A stretch of DNA of 64,000 nt, from contig NC_052158.1 in assembly GCF_902713615.1 (NCBI RefSeq), positions 153,033,400 to 153,097,399 of the forward strand, in the 5' to 3' direction. The stretch comes from Scyliorhinus canicula. Its lineage: Eukaryota. Positions within the stretch are counted from its first letter, which is position 1. Each line of letters opens with the position of its first letter. The notes under the pieces were generated by a model. That model had not been told where the DNA came from. It did not search any database and was given only the letters and a program-made list of their open reading frames with translations. Shown here in pieces: positions 11,311 through 24,314 of the stretch. Made by a program: the position numbers and the translations under genes.

Positions 11311-12224
11311 ACTCTGCAGACTGCATCAAATGTCCTTTCCTGCACTGGCCCAATGATGGGAAGGATGAATGCATACCAAAGGAAATAGAGTACCTGGCTT
11401 TTACAGAAATTCTGGGAATTGTATTGGTGATGTTGGCATTGATTGGCGTGTGCATGGCGATAAATATTGCTGTCATTTTCTTCAGATATCGTGAAACCCC
11501 TCTGGTCAAAGCCAACAATTCCGAACTGAGCTTCCTCCTTCTTTTAGCTTTAATATGCTGCTTTTTGTGCTCAGTTACATTCATCGGCGAACCATCTGAT
11601 TGGTCCTGTATGCTGCGCCACACAGCGTTCGGTGTTACATTTGTCCTTTGCATTTCCTGCGTTTTAGTGAAAACCATCCTGGTTCTGATGGCGTTTAAGG
11701 CCACGCACCCCAGCAGCAACAGGATGAAATGGTTTGGTCAAAAACAGCAGCGTCTAAGTGTTTTCTCCCTCACATTTGTTCAGGGTTTAATATGTGCCCT
11801 GTGGTTGATCATCGCGCCCCCATTCCCCAGGAGGAACACAAGTCATTACAGGGAAGTTATTATTTTAGAATGCGATGCTGGTTCCTCTACCGCCTTCTAT
11901 GCTGCATCAGGTTATATCGCTCTGTTATCGTGTTTGTGTTTTGTCTTGGCATTTCTGGCCCGGAAGTTGCCCAGTAATTTCAACGAGGCTAAATGTCTAA
12001 CATTCAGCATGCTGATCTTTTGTGCGGTTTGGGTAACTTTCATTCCGGCTTCTGTGAGTTCCCCTGGGAAATACACCGTGGCGGTGGAAGTGTTTGCGAT
12101 TCTGGCCTCGAGCTACGGGTTGCTGCTTTGCATTTATGCCCCGAAATGTTACATCATCACGATAACTCCCGAGAAAAACACAAAGAAGAACCTAATGAGT
12201 AAAATGATTGAAAATGAACTTTAA
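11311..12224 (+). CDS. V2R/OlfC-like gene A, exon 6 (7TM domain to stop)
   Basis: ccttgtAG|ACTCT; [65 protein letters not shown]; TAA 12222-12224; 914 nt. Confidence 0.96.
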
Positions 12225-12350
12225 AAAAAATCGATTAAAAAAACTTGTTGGCGCGCATTTTGCTGGCACGTTTTCGCTTTTGGAAAACTTTTTACAGTCA
12301 TTAGCTCAAATCCTATAGGAGGGATTGATTTATTATGCTCAAGAATATGG

Positions 12351-12646
12351 ATCATAGAATTTACAGACCAGAAGGAGGCCATTCGGCCCATCAAGTCTGC
12401 AGCCCACGTATCTACCCAATCCCCGTAAGCCAGTAACCCCCACTTAACATTTTTTGCACACTAAGAACAATTTAGCAATTTAGCCAATCCACCTAACCTG
12501 TACATCTTTGGACTGTGGGAGGAAAACCACGCAGACACGGGGAGAACGTGCAGACTCCGCACAGACGGTGACCCAAGCCGGGAATCTAACCTGGGACCCT
12601 GGAGCTGTGAAGCAACTGTGCTAGTCCCTGTGCTACCGTGCTGCCC
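12351..12646 (-). mobile_element. HE1/V-SINE, CR1 tail (just 3' of gene A stop)
   Basis: Family consensus. Confidence 0.85.
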
Positions 12647-13150
12647 ACAATTATATTATGATTATATCTTAATATAATTTGTCTGCTGTATGTTACAGGG
12701 AACATCAAGACTACTGTATGGATTTAAAATGTAACCTATAATTATGAAACATATTATACTCAAAATAATTTGTGAAACTATTTCAACTCTGCATTTGGCT
12801 CTTCCACATTTAAGCATTTGATCTTATCTCATGGTTTAGGCTCCGCGCGATATGGGGACGCGTCTCAGACTTTGAAGATCAAGTTGAGTACTTTGCGGAG
12901 AGTCTGCTGGAGCGGGTTTGAAGTCTGACTACTTCGAGCCTCGAGGGGCTAAAATAACTGATGTTCAAATGATGATGCATGATTATTTAATTCTGATTTC
13001 ATATTTTTATCCTCACATTTGAGGGAGCAACCTCCCGTGTCCCGTAATGTGAAAAGATGGTTAAATAATTGACGTAATTCAACTTTTAGCCTTGAAATTG
13101 AAAAAAAAAATCCTTTCACAAATCCTAGAGACAATGTTGACGACTTTTTG

Positions 13151-13510
13151 ATGTGGAGATGCCGGCATTGGACTGAGGTGGGCACAGTAAGAATCTTACA
13201 ACACCAGGTTAAAGTCCAACAGGTTTGTTTCGAATCAATAGCTTTCGGAACACATCTCCTTCCTCAGGTGAATGAAGAGGTGGGTTCCAGAAACACATAT
13301 ATAGAAAAAGTCAATGATGCAAGACAATACTTTGAATGCGAGGTAAATAAATTATTACATGTCCAGACGGAGCGATTAGAGAGAGGGATAATCACAGGTT
13401 GAAGAGGTGTGAATTGTCTCAAGCCGGGACAGTTGGTAGGATAGGTCTGCAAACTAGTGATTCGAAACAAACTTGTTGGATTTTAACCTGGTGTTGTAAG
13501 ACTTCTTACT
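13151..13510 (-). mobile_element. Penelope-like element fragment with inverted terminal segment and hammerhead core
   Basis: 14-bp TSD TTGA(C/T)GACTTTTTG at 13137-13150 and 13511-13524; ~55-bp inverted repeat 13187-13240 vs 13454-13510; CTGAGGA..GAAA core on minus strand at 13243-13267. Confidence 0.75.
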
Positions 13511-13908
13511 TTGATGACTTTTTGGGCAAATGGACTGGTGTTTACTCAGCAACATAATAAATGCAGCTCGAAAATGGCTCCGGGTCCTTGATAAACAACA
13601 CTGATTTATTGGACATATAAAAACATATTAACTAGTATGTCATTCTGTGTTCATTGTAGTCCAGGGAACAATTGAAATTGCCCATGGAGGCTGGTACCTG
13701 GAGAGCAGGAAGTTCACCTGCCTTTATCAGGGTGGACTCACATTGGGGTAGATTGTGATCCTTTGCTATTGTGTAAAACAATGAGAAGTCCCATTTACAT
13801 CTCTCCCAGCTTCCGTTTCAATTTAATTTAACAAAAGGGAATTCAGTCTTGATGCATGATGGGCGGCAACTTGGATAGCATCCGTCATACTCCATCGCCC
13901 AAAGTGAA

Positions 13909-14083
13909 TTTTTTTTTTTAAGATACCCAATTATTTTTTCCCCGATTAAAGGGCAACTTAGCGTGGCCAATTGGCCTACCAAGCACATATTTTTGAGTTG
14001 TGGGGAGTGAGACCCACACAGAATGGTGGAGAATGTGCAAACTCCACACGGACAGTGCTAACCACAACATCACAGTGCTGCCC
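13909..14083 (-). mobile_element. V-SINE, poly(A) variant
   Basis: poly-T plus agatacccaattatttttt..aagggcaa. Confidence 0.75.
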
Positions 14084-14508
14084 ACTATCACACAAAGTTA
14101 AAATGACTCTTATGCTTCCAGACATATTTCTGTGCTCGATTTGTGCGTGTGCACATAGGCCTAGGAATTACTGCCGGCAATCTGACTGCAATTACTGCCA
14201 ACTCACTGGCATGTCATATCTCTGTCTCTGGATATAATTTTCTAATTTGTTTGAAGCATTTAGTGCCTTGGTTAAAACTGCAGGACAAGCTCACTTCAAG
14301 CTATGTTACAATAATTCCTACACTGTAATGGAATAAATAGTGACACAAAAACTCACGTTAGTTTTGATGTTATATTTCTGGGGCTGCAAAAGTAACTTAA
14401 TCGGCCGGTTCCATGAATCTATGAAGAGAACTGCTCCAAGATGCCCTCTGCATTTCACCCTTTTTCCAGCAGCACCCAGCAGCGGCAATGCTGATGGCTA
14501 CACTTCCT

Positions 14509-15472
14509 GGGTGGGATTCTCCGTTGCCCGATGCTGTTTTTCGTGTTCGGCGATTGGGTGGAGAATCCCTTCCGATGCCGAAATTGGGGACAGCGGCAGT
14601 TTGACGCCAGGTTTTGAGTGTCCACCCCCTCTGAAATGGCATAATTGCACCGCGCACCCTTTGGAGATCCTCCCCCGATGCTCTGCCCGGATGGGCTGAG
14701 TTCCCGACGCCAGGGTTCTTAGTTTTCATGAACTCGGTGTGGCGGCTGCTGACTGTGTCCAGCGCCACCACAGTCGGGTGGGAGCTGTGCTGCTGGCAGT
14801 GGGATGTATGGGGGTGGGGGCTTTGGCGAGGGCTGGGGAGGCCGGTGGCATGATTGTTTTTTTATGCCAGCCACCAGTATGATAGGGACGGATGCTGCTG
14901 CCAGAGGGCCCCACGGTGCCAGACACCGACAGGACTACGGGTGCAGTGCAGAGGACGGAGTGCCAGGGGGTATGACTGGGGGTGGGGATGCGGGAGGGGA
15001 GACGTGGCGGGGCCACTGTGTCGCCCGGTAGACCTGGTTGGGCATGGGGGGTTGCACCATGATAACATGTCTGCCTTTCACACCCGGCTGACAATGGTCT
15101 TCAGAGACTGACTTAAAATGGTGGCCTTCATCCTAGTTGCTGCAGCCTTGGGGATGCAATGAGGCTGTACAAGGCGGATCTGCACAAGTGGAACCTGCAG
15201 CAGTGGTCAGTGCCCTAGAGGAACAGAAGGTGGCCATTGTGGATGGAGAGCTGGCAGATCAACGGGCCGAGGAGGAGGTGGGAAGGAGTTGCCACATGAG
15301 GCCTTGTGTGCATCAGCAGCACCTGTCATTCGAAGACCTGCTGAACTGGTTGAAAACTGCGGCTGAGCAGGGGGACAAAGTAACATATCTGCCGGATCAT
15401 GGCACACCTGGCACAGCGGAGGAAATGGGGGGGGGGGGAGGACACCTGCTCACGGCGGCCGTCATGGTGATG
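14509..15472 (+). mobile_element. PIF/Harbinger transposon, left end and transposase N-terminus (degenerate)
   Basis: GGGTGGGATTCTCC terminus-like sequence; RPCVHQQHLSFEDL..LRLSR..ICRIMAHLA..GGGH.L.AAV.V.V resembles the HARBI1-type N-terminus. Confidence 0.7.
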
Positions 15473-18400
15473 GTATTTTACAGAAAATATAAAATATAAC
15501 AACAAACAATGAAATGCAACAAAATAACCCATAACAACTGTAACACCCCCCAGACCGTATCAACACATGTATCACATCCCCCCACACCCCCAACCCCAAC
15601 AAGAGAACTTGAAAATAAATTAAAATTGAATAAACAAACATAGCCATCGTCCCCCCCCCCCCTTTACCCTCCCCCTTCCCTCCCCCCCCCCCCCCGGGTT
15701 GCTGCTGCTACTGTTCCAGTACACTATCGTTGAGCCAGAAAGTCGAGGAAAGGTTGCCACCGCCTAAAGAACCCTTGTACCGATTCTCTCAGGGCGAATT
15801 TGACCTTCTCTAGCTTAATAAAACCCGCCATGTCATTGATCCAGGTCTCCACGCTTGGGGACCTCGCATCCTTCCATTGTAGCAAAATCCTTCGCCGGGC
15901 TACTAGGGACGTAAAGGCCAGCACACTGGCCTCTTTCACCTCCTGCACTCCCGGCTCCACCCCAACCCCAAAAATCGCGAGTCCCCATCCTGGCTTGACC
16001 CTGGATCCCACCACCCTTGACACCGTCCACGCCGCCCCCTTCCAGAACTTCTCCAGTGCTGGGCATGCCCAGAACATATGGGCATGGTTCGCTGGACTCC
16101 CCGAGCACCTGACACACCTGTCTTCACCCCCAAAGAACCTACTCATCCTCGTCCCAGTCATGTGGGCCCGGTGCAGCACCTTGAATTTGATGAGGCTAAG
16201 CCGCGCACACGAGGAGGAAGAATTAACCCTCTCCAGGGCATCAGCCCATGTCCCGTCCTCGATCTGTTCCCCTAGTTCCCCCTCCCACTTAGTTTTCAGC
16301 TCCTCTACTGACGCCTCCTCCACCTCCTGCATAACCTTGTAGATATCAGATATCTTCCCCTCTCCGACCCAGACCCCCGAAAGCATCCTGTCACTCACCC
16401 CCCTCGCGGGAAGCAAAGGGAATCCCTCCACCTGCCGTCTAGCAAACGCCTTTACCTGCAGATACCTGAACATGTTTCCCGGGGGAGCCCAAATTTCTCC
16501 TCCAACTCCCCCAGGCTCACAAACCTCCCATCAATAAACAGGTCCCTCAGCTGTTTGATGCCCGCTCTGTGCCAACCCTGAAATCCCCCATCAATGTTCC
16601 CTGGGACGAACCTATGATTCCCCCTCAATGGAGCCTCCATTGAGCCCCCCACGTCTCCCCTATGTCGCCTCCGCTGCCCCCAAATCTTGAGGGTAGCCGC
16701 CACTACCGGACTCGTGGTATACCTCGTAGGAGGGAGAGGCCACCGCGCCGTTACCAGGGCCCCCAGGCTGTATCTCCACAGGACGCCCTCTCCATCCGTT
16801 TCCATGCTGCCCCCTCCCCCTCCATCACCCACTTGCGCACCATCGACACATTGGCCGCCCAGTAGTACCCCGAGAGATCGGGTAACGCCAGCCCCCCCCC
16901 CATCTCTACCCCGCTCCAAGAAGACCCTCTTCACCCTCGGGGTCCCATGCGCCCAAACAAAGCTCATGATGCTGCTGGTAACCCTTCTAAAAAGGCCCTA
17001 GGGATAAAGATGGGCAAACACTGGAAGAGGAACAAGAACCTCGGGAGAACCGTCATTTTGACGGACTGCACTCTCCCCGCCAGCGATAGCGGCACCATGT
17101 CCCACCTTTTAAATCCCTCCTCCATCTGCTCCACCAGCCTGGTAAAATTAAGCTTATGGAGAGTCCCCCAACTCCTGGCCACCTGCACCCCCAGATATCT
17201 GAAACTCTTCACTGCCCTCTTAAACGGGAGCCTCCCAATTCCCTCCTCCTGATCTCCCGGGTGTACTACAAATACCTCGCTCTTGCCTAAATTTAACTTA
17301 TAGCCCGAGAAGCCCCCAAATTCCGCTAACAGCTCCATCACCCCCGGCATTCCCCCTACTGGGTCCGCCACATACAACATCAGGTCGTCCGCATACAGCG
17401 ATACCCGATGTTCCTCCCCACCCTGCACCAGACCCCTCCATCTCCCTGACTCCCTCAATGCCATAGCCAGAGGTTCAATCGCCAGTGCAAAAAGCAAGGG
17501 GGACAGGGGGCACCCCTGCCTGGTCCCACGGTAGAGCCTGAAGTACTCCGATCTCCTTCCATTTGTAACTACACTCGCCATCGGAGCCGCGTAGAGCAGC
17601 CTCACCCATTTGATGAATCCCTCCCCAAATCCGAACCGCTCCAAGACCTCCCACAGGTACTCCCACTCAACTCTATCAAACGCTTTCTCTGCATCCAGCG
17701 CCACCACTATCTCCGCCTCCCCCTCCACTGCCGGCATCATGATAACATTTAGCAGACTTGGCGTCAACATTGAGGAGCGAGATAGGCCTGTATGATCCAC
17801 ACTGCAAGGGGTCCTTATCCCGCTTTAGGATCAGAGAGATCAGTGCCCGCGACATCGTCGGGGGAAAAGCCCCCCCTCCCATGCCTCATTGAAGGCTCGC
17901 ACCAACAGGGGGCCCACCAGATCCGCATACTTTTTATAAAATTCCACCGGGAACCCGTCTGGCCCCGGGGCCTTACCTGGCTGCATTTGTCCAATCCCCC
18001 TGACTAGCTCCTCCAACTCTATCGGCCCCCCCAGCCCCTCTACCAGCTGCTCTTGAACCCTTGGGAAACATAGCCTGTTCATGAAGCTCTCCATCCCCCC
18101 TCTCCCCATCGGAGGTTCCGACCGGTACAGTTCCTCGTAGAAGTCCCTAAAGACCCTATTTACTTCTGTCCCCTTCTGCACTACATTCCCACCCCCATCC
18201 GTCACTCCACCAATTTCCCTAGCCGCATCTCACCTACGGAGCTGATGCGCCAACATCCTGCTCGCCTTCTCCCCATACTCATATACCGCGCCCTGCGCCC
18301 TCCTCCACTGTGTCTCCACCTTTCTAGTGGTCAACAAGTCAAATTTGGCCTGCAAACTACGCCGTTCCCCCAGCACCCCTCCTCCGGTGCCTCCGCGTAT

Positions 18401-21258
18401 CTCCTGTCCACATCCAGGAGCTTGCCCACCAGTCTCTCCCTCTCCTTCCTCTCACTCCTTTCCCTATGGGCCCGGATGGAGATCAGCTCCCCCCGGATCA
18501 CTGCTTTCAGAGCCTCCTAGACCATCCCCACCTGGACCTCCCGCATGTCATTAGTATCAAGATACCCCTCAATACTTCTCCGGAACCTCCTACGCACCTC
18601 CTCATCAGCCAGCATCCCCACATCCAGGCGCCAGAGCGGGCGCTGGTCCTGCGCCTCCCCATCTGGTTTAGCTCACTGGGATAAATCGCTGGCTTTTATA
18701 GCAGATCAAGCAGGCCAGAAACATGGTTCGATTCCCGTACCAGCCTCCCTGGACAGGCGCCGGAATGTGGCGACTAGGGGCTTTTCACAGTAACTTCATT
18801 GAAGCCCACTCGTGACAATAAGCGATTTCCATTCCATTTTCCATTTCCATCTCCAGATCAACCCAGTGCGGAGCATGGTCTGAAATCGCTATGGCCGAAT
18901 ACTCGGCATCCTGCACCCTCGGGATCAATCCCCTGCTCAGGACGAAAAAATCTATTCGGGAATAAACCCAATGGACATGAGAGAAAAAGGAATACTCCCG
19001 CGCTCTCAGTCTCCCAAAACTCCAGGGATCCACCCCTCTCATCTGGTCCATAAATCCCCTCAGTACTTTGGCCGCCGCCGGTCTCCTACCCGTCCTTGAA
19101 CTGGACCGGTCCAGTGGGGGATCCAGCACTGTGTTAAAGTCTCCCCCCATGATCAGGCCTCCTGCCTCCAGGTTCGGAATGCGGCCCAACAAGCGCCTCA
19201 TGAAGCCAGCATCATCCCAATTCGAGGTATATACATTAACCAGCACCACCTTCTCTCCCTGCAGCCTACCCTTCACCATAATATATCTGCCCTCCTTGTC
19301 CGACACCACCTCAGCCGCCTCGAACGCCACCCTCTTCCCCACCAGAATCGCCACCCAATCTCAGACTTCCGGTTGCGGCTGTGCGTAGCTAAGCCGCACG
19401 TTCCGCAGGATGTTCTTCGCGTCCAATCCTGAGTGAAAAACATGCCCCACCCACCCCTTCCTCAGACGAACCAGGTCCGCCACCTTCAAGTGGGTCTCCT
19501 GGAGCATAGCCACGTCCGCCTTCAACCCCTTCAGATGAGAAAATACCCTAGTTCTCTTAACCGGCCCATTCAGCCCCCTCACGTTCCAGGTGATCAGCCA
19601 GATCAGAGGGCAACCCGCCCCCCTCCCCTGCCGGCTAGCCATAGCTTATCGACTGCTCGCCCCAGGCCAGCTTGCCCCGCCCGACCCGTTCCCCATGGCG
19701 ATAACGCCTCTCCTCTACCCCCCCGGCCTACACCAGCTCCTTCCTGGCCATTCCAGCAGCAACCCGGTATCCCCCCCCCCCAGGCTAGGACTCCACCTAG
19801 CCGCGACGCACCCTCCCTGGTACTTCCGTGAGTCAGCTGACTTCTGCTGACCCCGGCAGCTCCCGTCAAAATCCATCCCCTCCCGGCATGGGGTCATCCC
19901 CCTCTTGCCACACCTCCTTGGCACCGCTTCAGCGCGGGAAAGAAAACCAGTAGAGGCCCCGCCCCCACCACCAGCTCCGCCCTCCCTGCTCCACGGCGCG
20001 GGAAACCAGAGGAAAGCCCGCGCTTTCACACTGCCACACCCCACCCTTCTGACGCAGCTCCCCAAAATCCAGTTTCACCCCAACCCCCGGCCCCGTACAG
20101 AAGAGAACATATAAAATACAAACCCCCAACACTCTCCACATACCCCACACCCATACCCAACAGACAGAACCACCCAGAAACAGAGCAAAAAGAAACCAGC
20201 ATAAAAACACACATGTCAAAGTTAAAGAATAGCAACAGTGAAAACAGCAACGGCCATAGTGTGTCCCCAGGCCCTAGTTCGAGTCCAGCTTCTCCGCCTG
20301 TACAAAGGCCCACGCCTCCTCCGGGGACTCGAAGTAGTGGTGCCGGTCCTTGTATCTCACCCACAGGCGCGCAGGCTGCAGCATTCCAAATCTGACCTGC
20401 TTGGCATGCAGCATCGCCTTCGTCCGGTTGAACCCCGCCCGCCGCTTAGCCACCTCCGCACAGTCCTGGTAGATTCTCACTACCGAATTCTCCCACTTGC
20501 TGCTCCTCTCTTTCTTGGCCCAGCGCAGCACACACTCCCGGTCGCTGAATCGATGGAACCGCACCAGCATCACCCTCGGGGGGTCATTTGCCTTAGGCCT
20601 CCTGGCCAGCACTCTGTGAGCTCCCTCAAGCTCCAGGGGCAAATCCCCCACCCCCATCAATGAGCTCAACATCGTGGTCACATACGCCGGGAGATCCGAC
20701 CCCTCCAGCCCCTCCGCCAAGCCCAGGATCCTCAAATTCTTTCGCCTCGTGCGAACGTCCAGCTCCTCCAAGCGGTCTTGTCACTTTTTGTGAAGTGCCT
20801 CGTGCAACTCCACTTTCCCCACGAGGACCATGGCATCCTCCTCCCGCTCAGCGGCCTGCTGCTGCAACTCCTGAATGGCCGCCCCCTGGGCTGTCTGGGT
20901 CTCAAGCAGCTTGTTGGTAGTCGCATTCAGGGAGTCCAGCAGCTCAGCCTTCAGCTCCGCAAAACAGTGCAGAAGAGCAGCTTGCTGCTCCTGGCCCACT
21001 TCCACCAGTCCTCGGGTGTTCCGCCGGCCGCCATTTTGTCCTTCTTCCCCCGCTTTTCTTGGGGAGCTGCTGCAGCTTTTTCCTTTGCCCCACTCCGGGT
21101 GAGCACCATAAATTATGGGGAATGCTCCTTTAGACACCTTCCCCTACCGGGATTCGTCGAAACAGCGCTGTTTGGGGCCCTCAAATCGGCCCAAATGTCC
21201 TTAAGTAGCGGGAGCTGCGGAACGTGCGGCTTAGCTCCGCATAGCCGCAACCGGAAGT
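15473..21258 (-). mobile_element. L1/Tx1-type LINE copy 1, near full length and defective
   Basis: 5' GACTTCCGG; ORF1 RRKNLRILGL..RIYQD..FGMLQPARL; EN LITWNVRGLN..LQETHL..GGDFN..SRIDF..ISDH; RT LDAEKAFDRV..RQGCPLSP..YADD; C-terminal CxxC..H..C; frameshifts, a deletion after LLNVDAK, poly(A) end missing. Confidence 0.92.
18664..18846 (+). mobile_element. Short tRNA-SINE inserted in ORF2 of L1 copy 1
   Basis: Family consensus; CCATCT on both sides. Confidence 0.88.
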
Positions 21259-22457
21259 CTGAGAGCGGTTGGCTCTTGGGTGACAAGGGTTTTCTGTTGC
21301 AATCGTGGCTGATGATGTCTTTCTGGAGGCCATAGACCGACACAGAAAACTGCTACAACAAAGCCCGTACAGTGACCCACAGGGACATGATTGAGTGGTG
21401 CTTTGACAGCCTGAAGATGCAGGTCAGGTACCTGCTCTGCTCTGGAGGGGCCATCTAGTATCGCGCTAGGAGAATCTCCAACATCATGCTGGCCTGCTGC
21501 ATCCTCTATAACATCGTGCAGCAGCAGAGAGGCAAGGCGCTGGATGAGGAAGATGATGCCAGACCTCGTTTGATGCAGAGGGCACAGAAAAGGGGCAGTA
21601 TGGACAAGGCATGGAGCCTGGGCAAGCACAGGAGGCCGCACAATGTGTGTGCCTGGGGCAGCATGCATGGGGCACACTAATCATCCCCATTTCACCGACT
21701 CGGGGATCTGGCCAACAGCGCAAACATCCCATCCCACCCCTAAACCTCCCCACCAACCGACCTCCCCCCCCCCCCCCCCCCCCCGCAAAACAACCAATTC
21801 TACACCATTCTCTTTGCATCCCCCTCAATGATTCCTACCTGTGAGTGAGGGAGTGAGGGTCCTGAGTGGGCCTTAACAGCGGGTCTGGCCCATGGGATGG
21901 AGGATGATGACCAACCGTCCTGCGATGAGCTCTGGTTCTCCATGTCATTTGACAACACCTGACTCCTGTCCACTGTAGCACTTTCCACCATCCACGTGGG
22001 TGATCCCTGCATACGAGCTGGCCATTCCATCACATGGTCATTGAATCATAGAATTTACAGTGCAGAAGGAGTCTTTCAGCCCATCGAGTCTGCACCGGCC
22101 CTTGGAAGAGCACCCCGCCTAAGCCCACACCTCCATCTATTCTGTAAAATAGCAAACCCACCTAAACGTTTTGGGCACTAAGTGCAATTCACCTTTGCCA
22201 ATCCACCTAACCTGCATATCTTTGGACTGCGGTTGGAAACCAGAGCACCCAGTCAAAATCCACGCAGACATAGGGAGAACGTGCAGACTCCGCACAGACA
22301 GTGACTCAAGCCGGGAATTGAACCTGAGACCCTGAAGCTGTGAAGCAACTGTGCTAATCACTGTGCTGTCCAACCATTCTGCTAACGTGCTGCCCTCCAC
22401 TGTGCTACTATGCTACCTTCCCACTGAAGTCTTGGGGTGGAGGATTTGGAGATGGCG

Positions 22458-22489
<32 letters not shown>

Positions 22490-23160
22490 GGAGGAGGGGG
22501 GGGGGATTGGGCAAGAGGGAGGGGAAGGGGTGGGGTACTGAAGCGTTGTGCGGGGTCTGACCTGGGGACCTCAGCCAGTGACCACCTCCACCATCCACCC
22601 ATCTCCACCCCCCCTCCGCTCCCCCTCCAGCACCCACTATGCAGCCAGCCCACCCCATCCCTCACACCCTGCTGAAAGTGCATCAAAGCAGGTTGGAGCT
22701 TTTGTGAACTGGTTTTTATTTTGCAAAGAGAAAGTGAACATCTCTATAATGGTTTGCTCCACAGCTATCTTATGTGCTGCCTAACTGGTGTCTATCCTTC
22801 TGGCATTATAGGCCATAATGCTACTCATAGGTGGATCCCCAGATGGATGCCCCAGGAACAGGAGGTGGGGTGGCGGGGGGGGGGGAGGGGGTGGTAGTGT
22901 CCGAGATGCTGTGATGTTCCAGCACCTCCTATGTGGGAGTCACTGGCATGGGCCCCTTCACTTCCACTTCCCTTGGAGTGCCCAATGGCCCCCAGGCTAC
23001 ACCGTGGGTCAAGGGTGTGGCCAGAGTGAACGTCCCCACCATCTGACGCTGCCAGTCCTGGAGGCTTGCTCCTGTCTCGACATGGGTCTCCATGCTCGCG
23101 GCCGTATTTCCCTGGAACTGGGCCACCTCCTTCAATTCACCCTAGTCAGCAGGGATCACA
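21259..23160 (+). mobile_element. PIF/Harbinger transposase C-terminal part and downstream sequence (degenerate)
   Basis: GWLLGDKGF..SWLM..RP*T..YN....IEWCF..LKMQ.R.L..SGGA...ACCILYNI matches the HARBI1-type DDE C-terminus, with stops and frameshifts. Confidence 0.85.
22045..22395 (-). mobile_element. HE1/V-SINE, CR1 tail
   Basis: Family consensus. Confidence 0.85.
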
Positions 23161-23196
23161 GTTGGTGTGAACCCAGGGAGGAGGAGCTTTGGAACA

Positions 23197-24136
23197 TTCC
23201 TCAGGAAACTAAGGAAATTCAGCATGTCCACATTAACTCTTAACAACTTTTACAGATGCACCATCGAAAGCATCTTGTCTGGCTGCATCCTGATATGGCA
23301 ACTGCTCAGCTCAAGACCGCAAGAAACGTCAGAGAGTCATGAACACAGTTCAGTCCATCACACAGACCTGCCTCCCATTCATTGACCCCATCCATTTATC
23401 CATTGGAAGCACGGTAGCATGGTGGTTAGCATAAATGCTTCACAGCGCCAGGGTCCCAGGTTCCCGGCTGGGTCACTGAGTGTGCGGAATCTGCACGTCC
23501 TCCCCGTGTGTGCGTGGGTTTCCTCCGGGCGCTCCGGTTTCCTCCCACAGTCCAAAGATGTGCGGGTTAGGTGGATTAGCCATGCTAAATTGCCCGTAGT
23601 GTCCTTAAAAAGTAAGGTTAAGGGGGGGGGGGGGGTTGTTAGGTTACGGGTATAGGGTGGATACGTGGGTTTGAGTAGGGTGATCATTGCTCGGCACAAC
23701 ATCGAGGGCCGAAGGGCCTGTTCTGTGCTGTACTGTTCTATGTTCTATGTTCTATCTACACCTCCCGCTGTCTGGGGAAAGCGGGCAGCATAATCAAAGA
23801 CCCCGCCCACCCGGCTTACTTACTCTTCCAACTTCTTCCATCGGGCAGGAGATACAAAAGTCTAAGAACACGCACAAACAGAATTGAAAACAGCTTGTTC
23901 CCCACTGTTACCAGACTCCTAAATGACCCTCTTATTGATTGACCTCATTAACACTACATCCCTGAATGCTTCCCCTGATGCCGGTGTTATGTAGTTACAT
24001 TGTGTACCTTGTGTTGCCCTATTATGTATTTTATTTTATTTCCTTTTCATGTACTTAATGATCCGTTGAGCTTCTCGCAGAAAAATACTTTTCACTGTAC
24101 CTTGGTACATGTGACAATAAACAAATCCAATCCAAA
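23197..24136 (+). mobile_element. Rex1/Babar-like LINE 3' fragment (SINE inserted)
   Basis: FLRKLRKFSMSTLTLNNFYRCTIESILSGCI; 3' end gtacatgtgacaataaacaaatccaatcc. Confidence 0.82.
23406..23753 (+). mobile_element. V-SINE with tail matching the 2.7-kb CR1
   Basis: CGGCACAACATCGAGGGCCGAAGGGCC..(TGTTCTA)n. Confidence 0.88.
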
Positions 24137-24183
24137 CCATAGTGGGTCGGATCTCGAACAGCAACAATTCAGAATACAGGAGG

Positions 24184-24312
24184 TGTCATAATATCCACTC
24201 ATGCATATAATGAGGTGCAGATAGGCTGTGATTGACACACAGGATGACCAGTAAGCACATAACACAGTGCAGCCAATCACCAGACAGGACAGTACCACTC
24301 TAATGCCAAACG
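24184..24312 (+). mobile_element. LTR 5' fragment
   Basis: Starts TGTCATAAT, contains CCAAT; wedged between two Rex1-like copies. Confidence 0.4.
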
Positions 24313-24314
24313 CC

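Noticed and set aside
451-12224. Calling the genes CASR or GPRC6A
   Set aside because: Tandem paralogs, short C-tail and [13 protein letters not shown] (CaSR has VKATNRELSYLLL and a long tail) indicate V2R/OlfC
19408-21215. Inversion of the L1 5' segment between the 50-bp inverted repeats
   Set aside because: ORF1 and the EN N-terminus are on the same strand as the rest of ORF2, so this is an insertion, not an inversion
21259-21560. Domesticated HARBI1 gene
   Set aside because: In-frame stops, frameshift and missing catalytic core; decayed transposon
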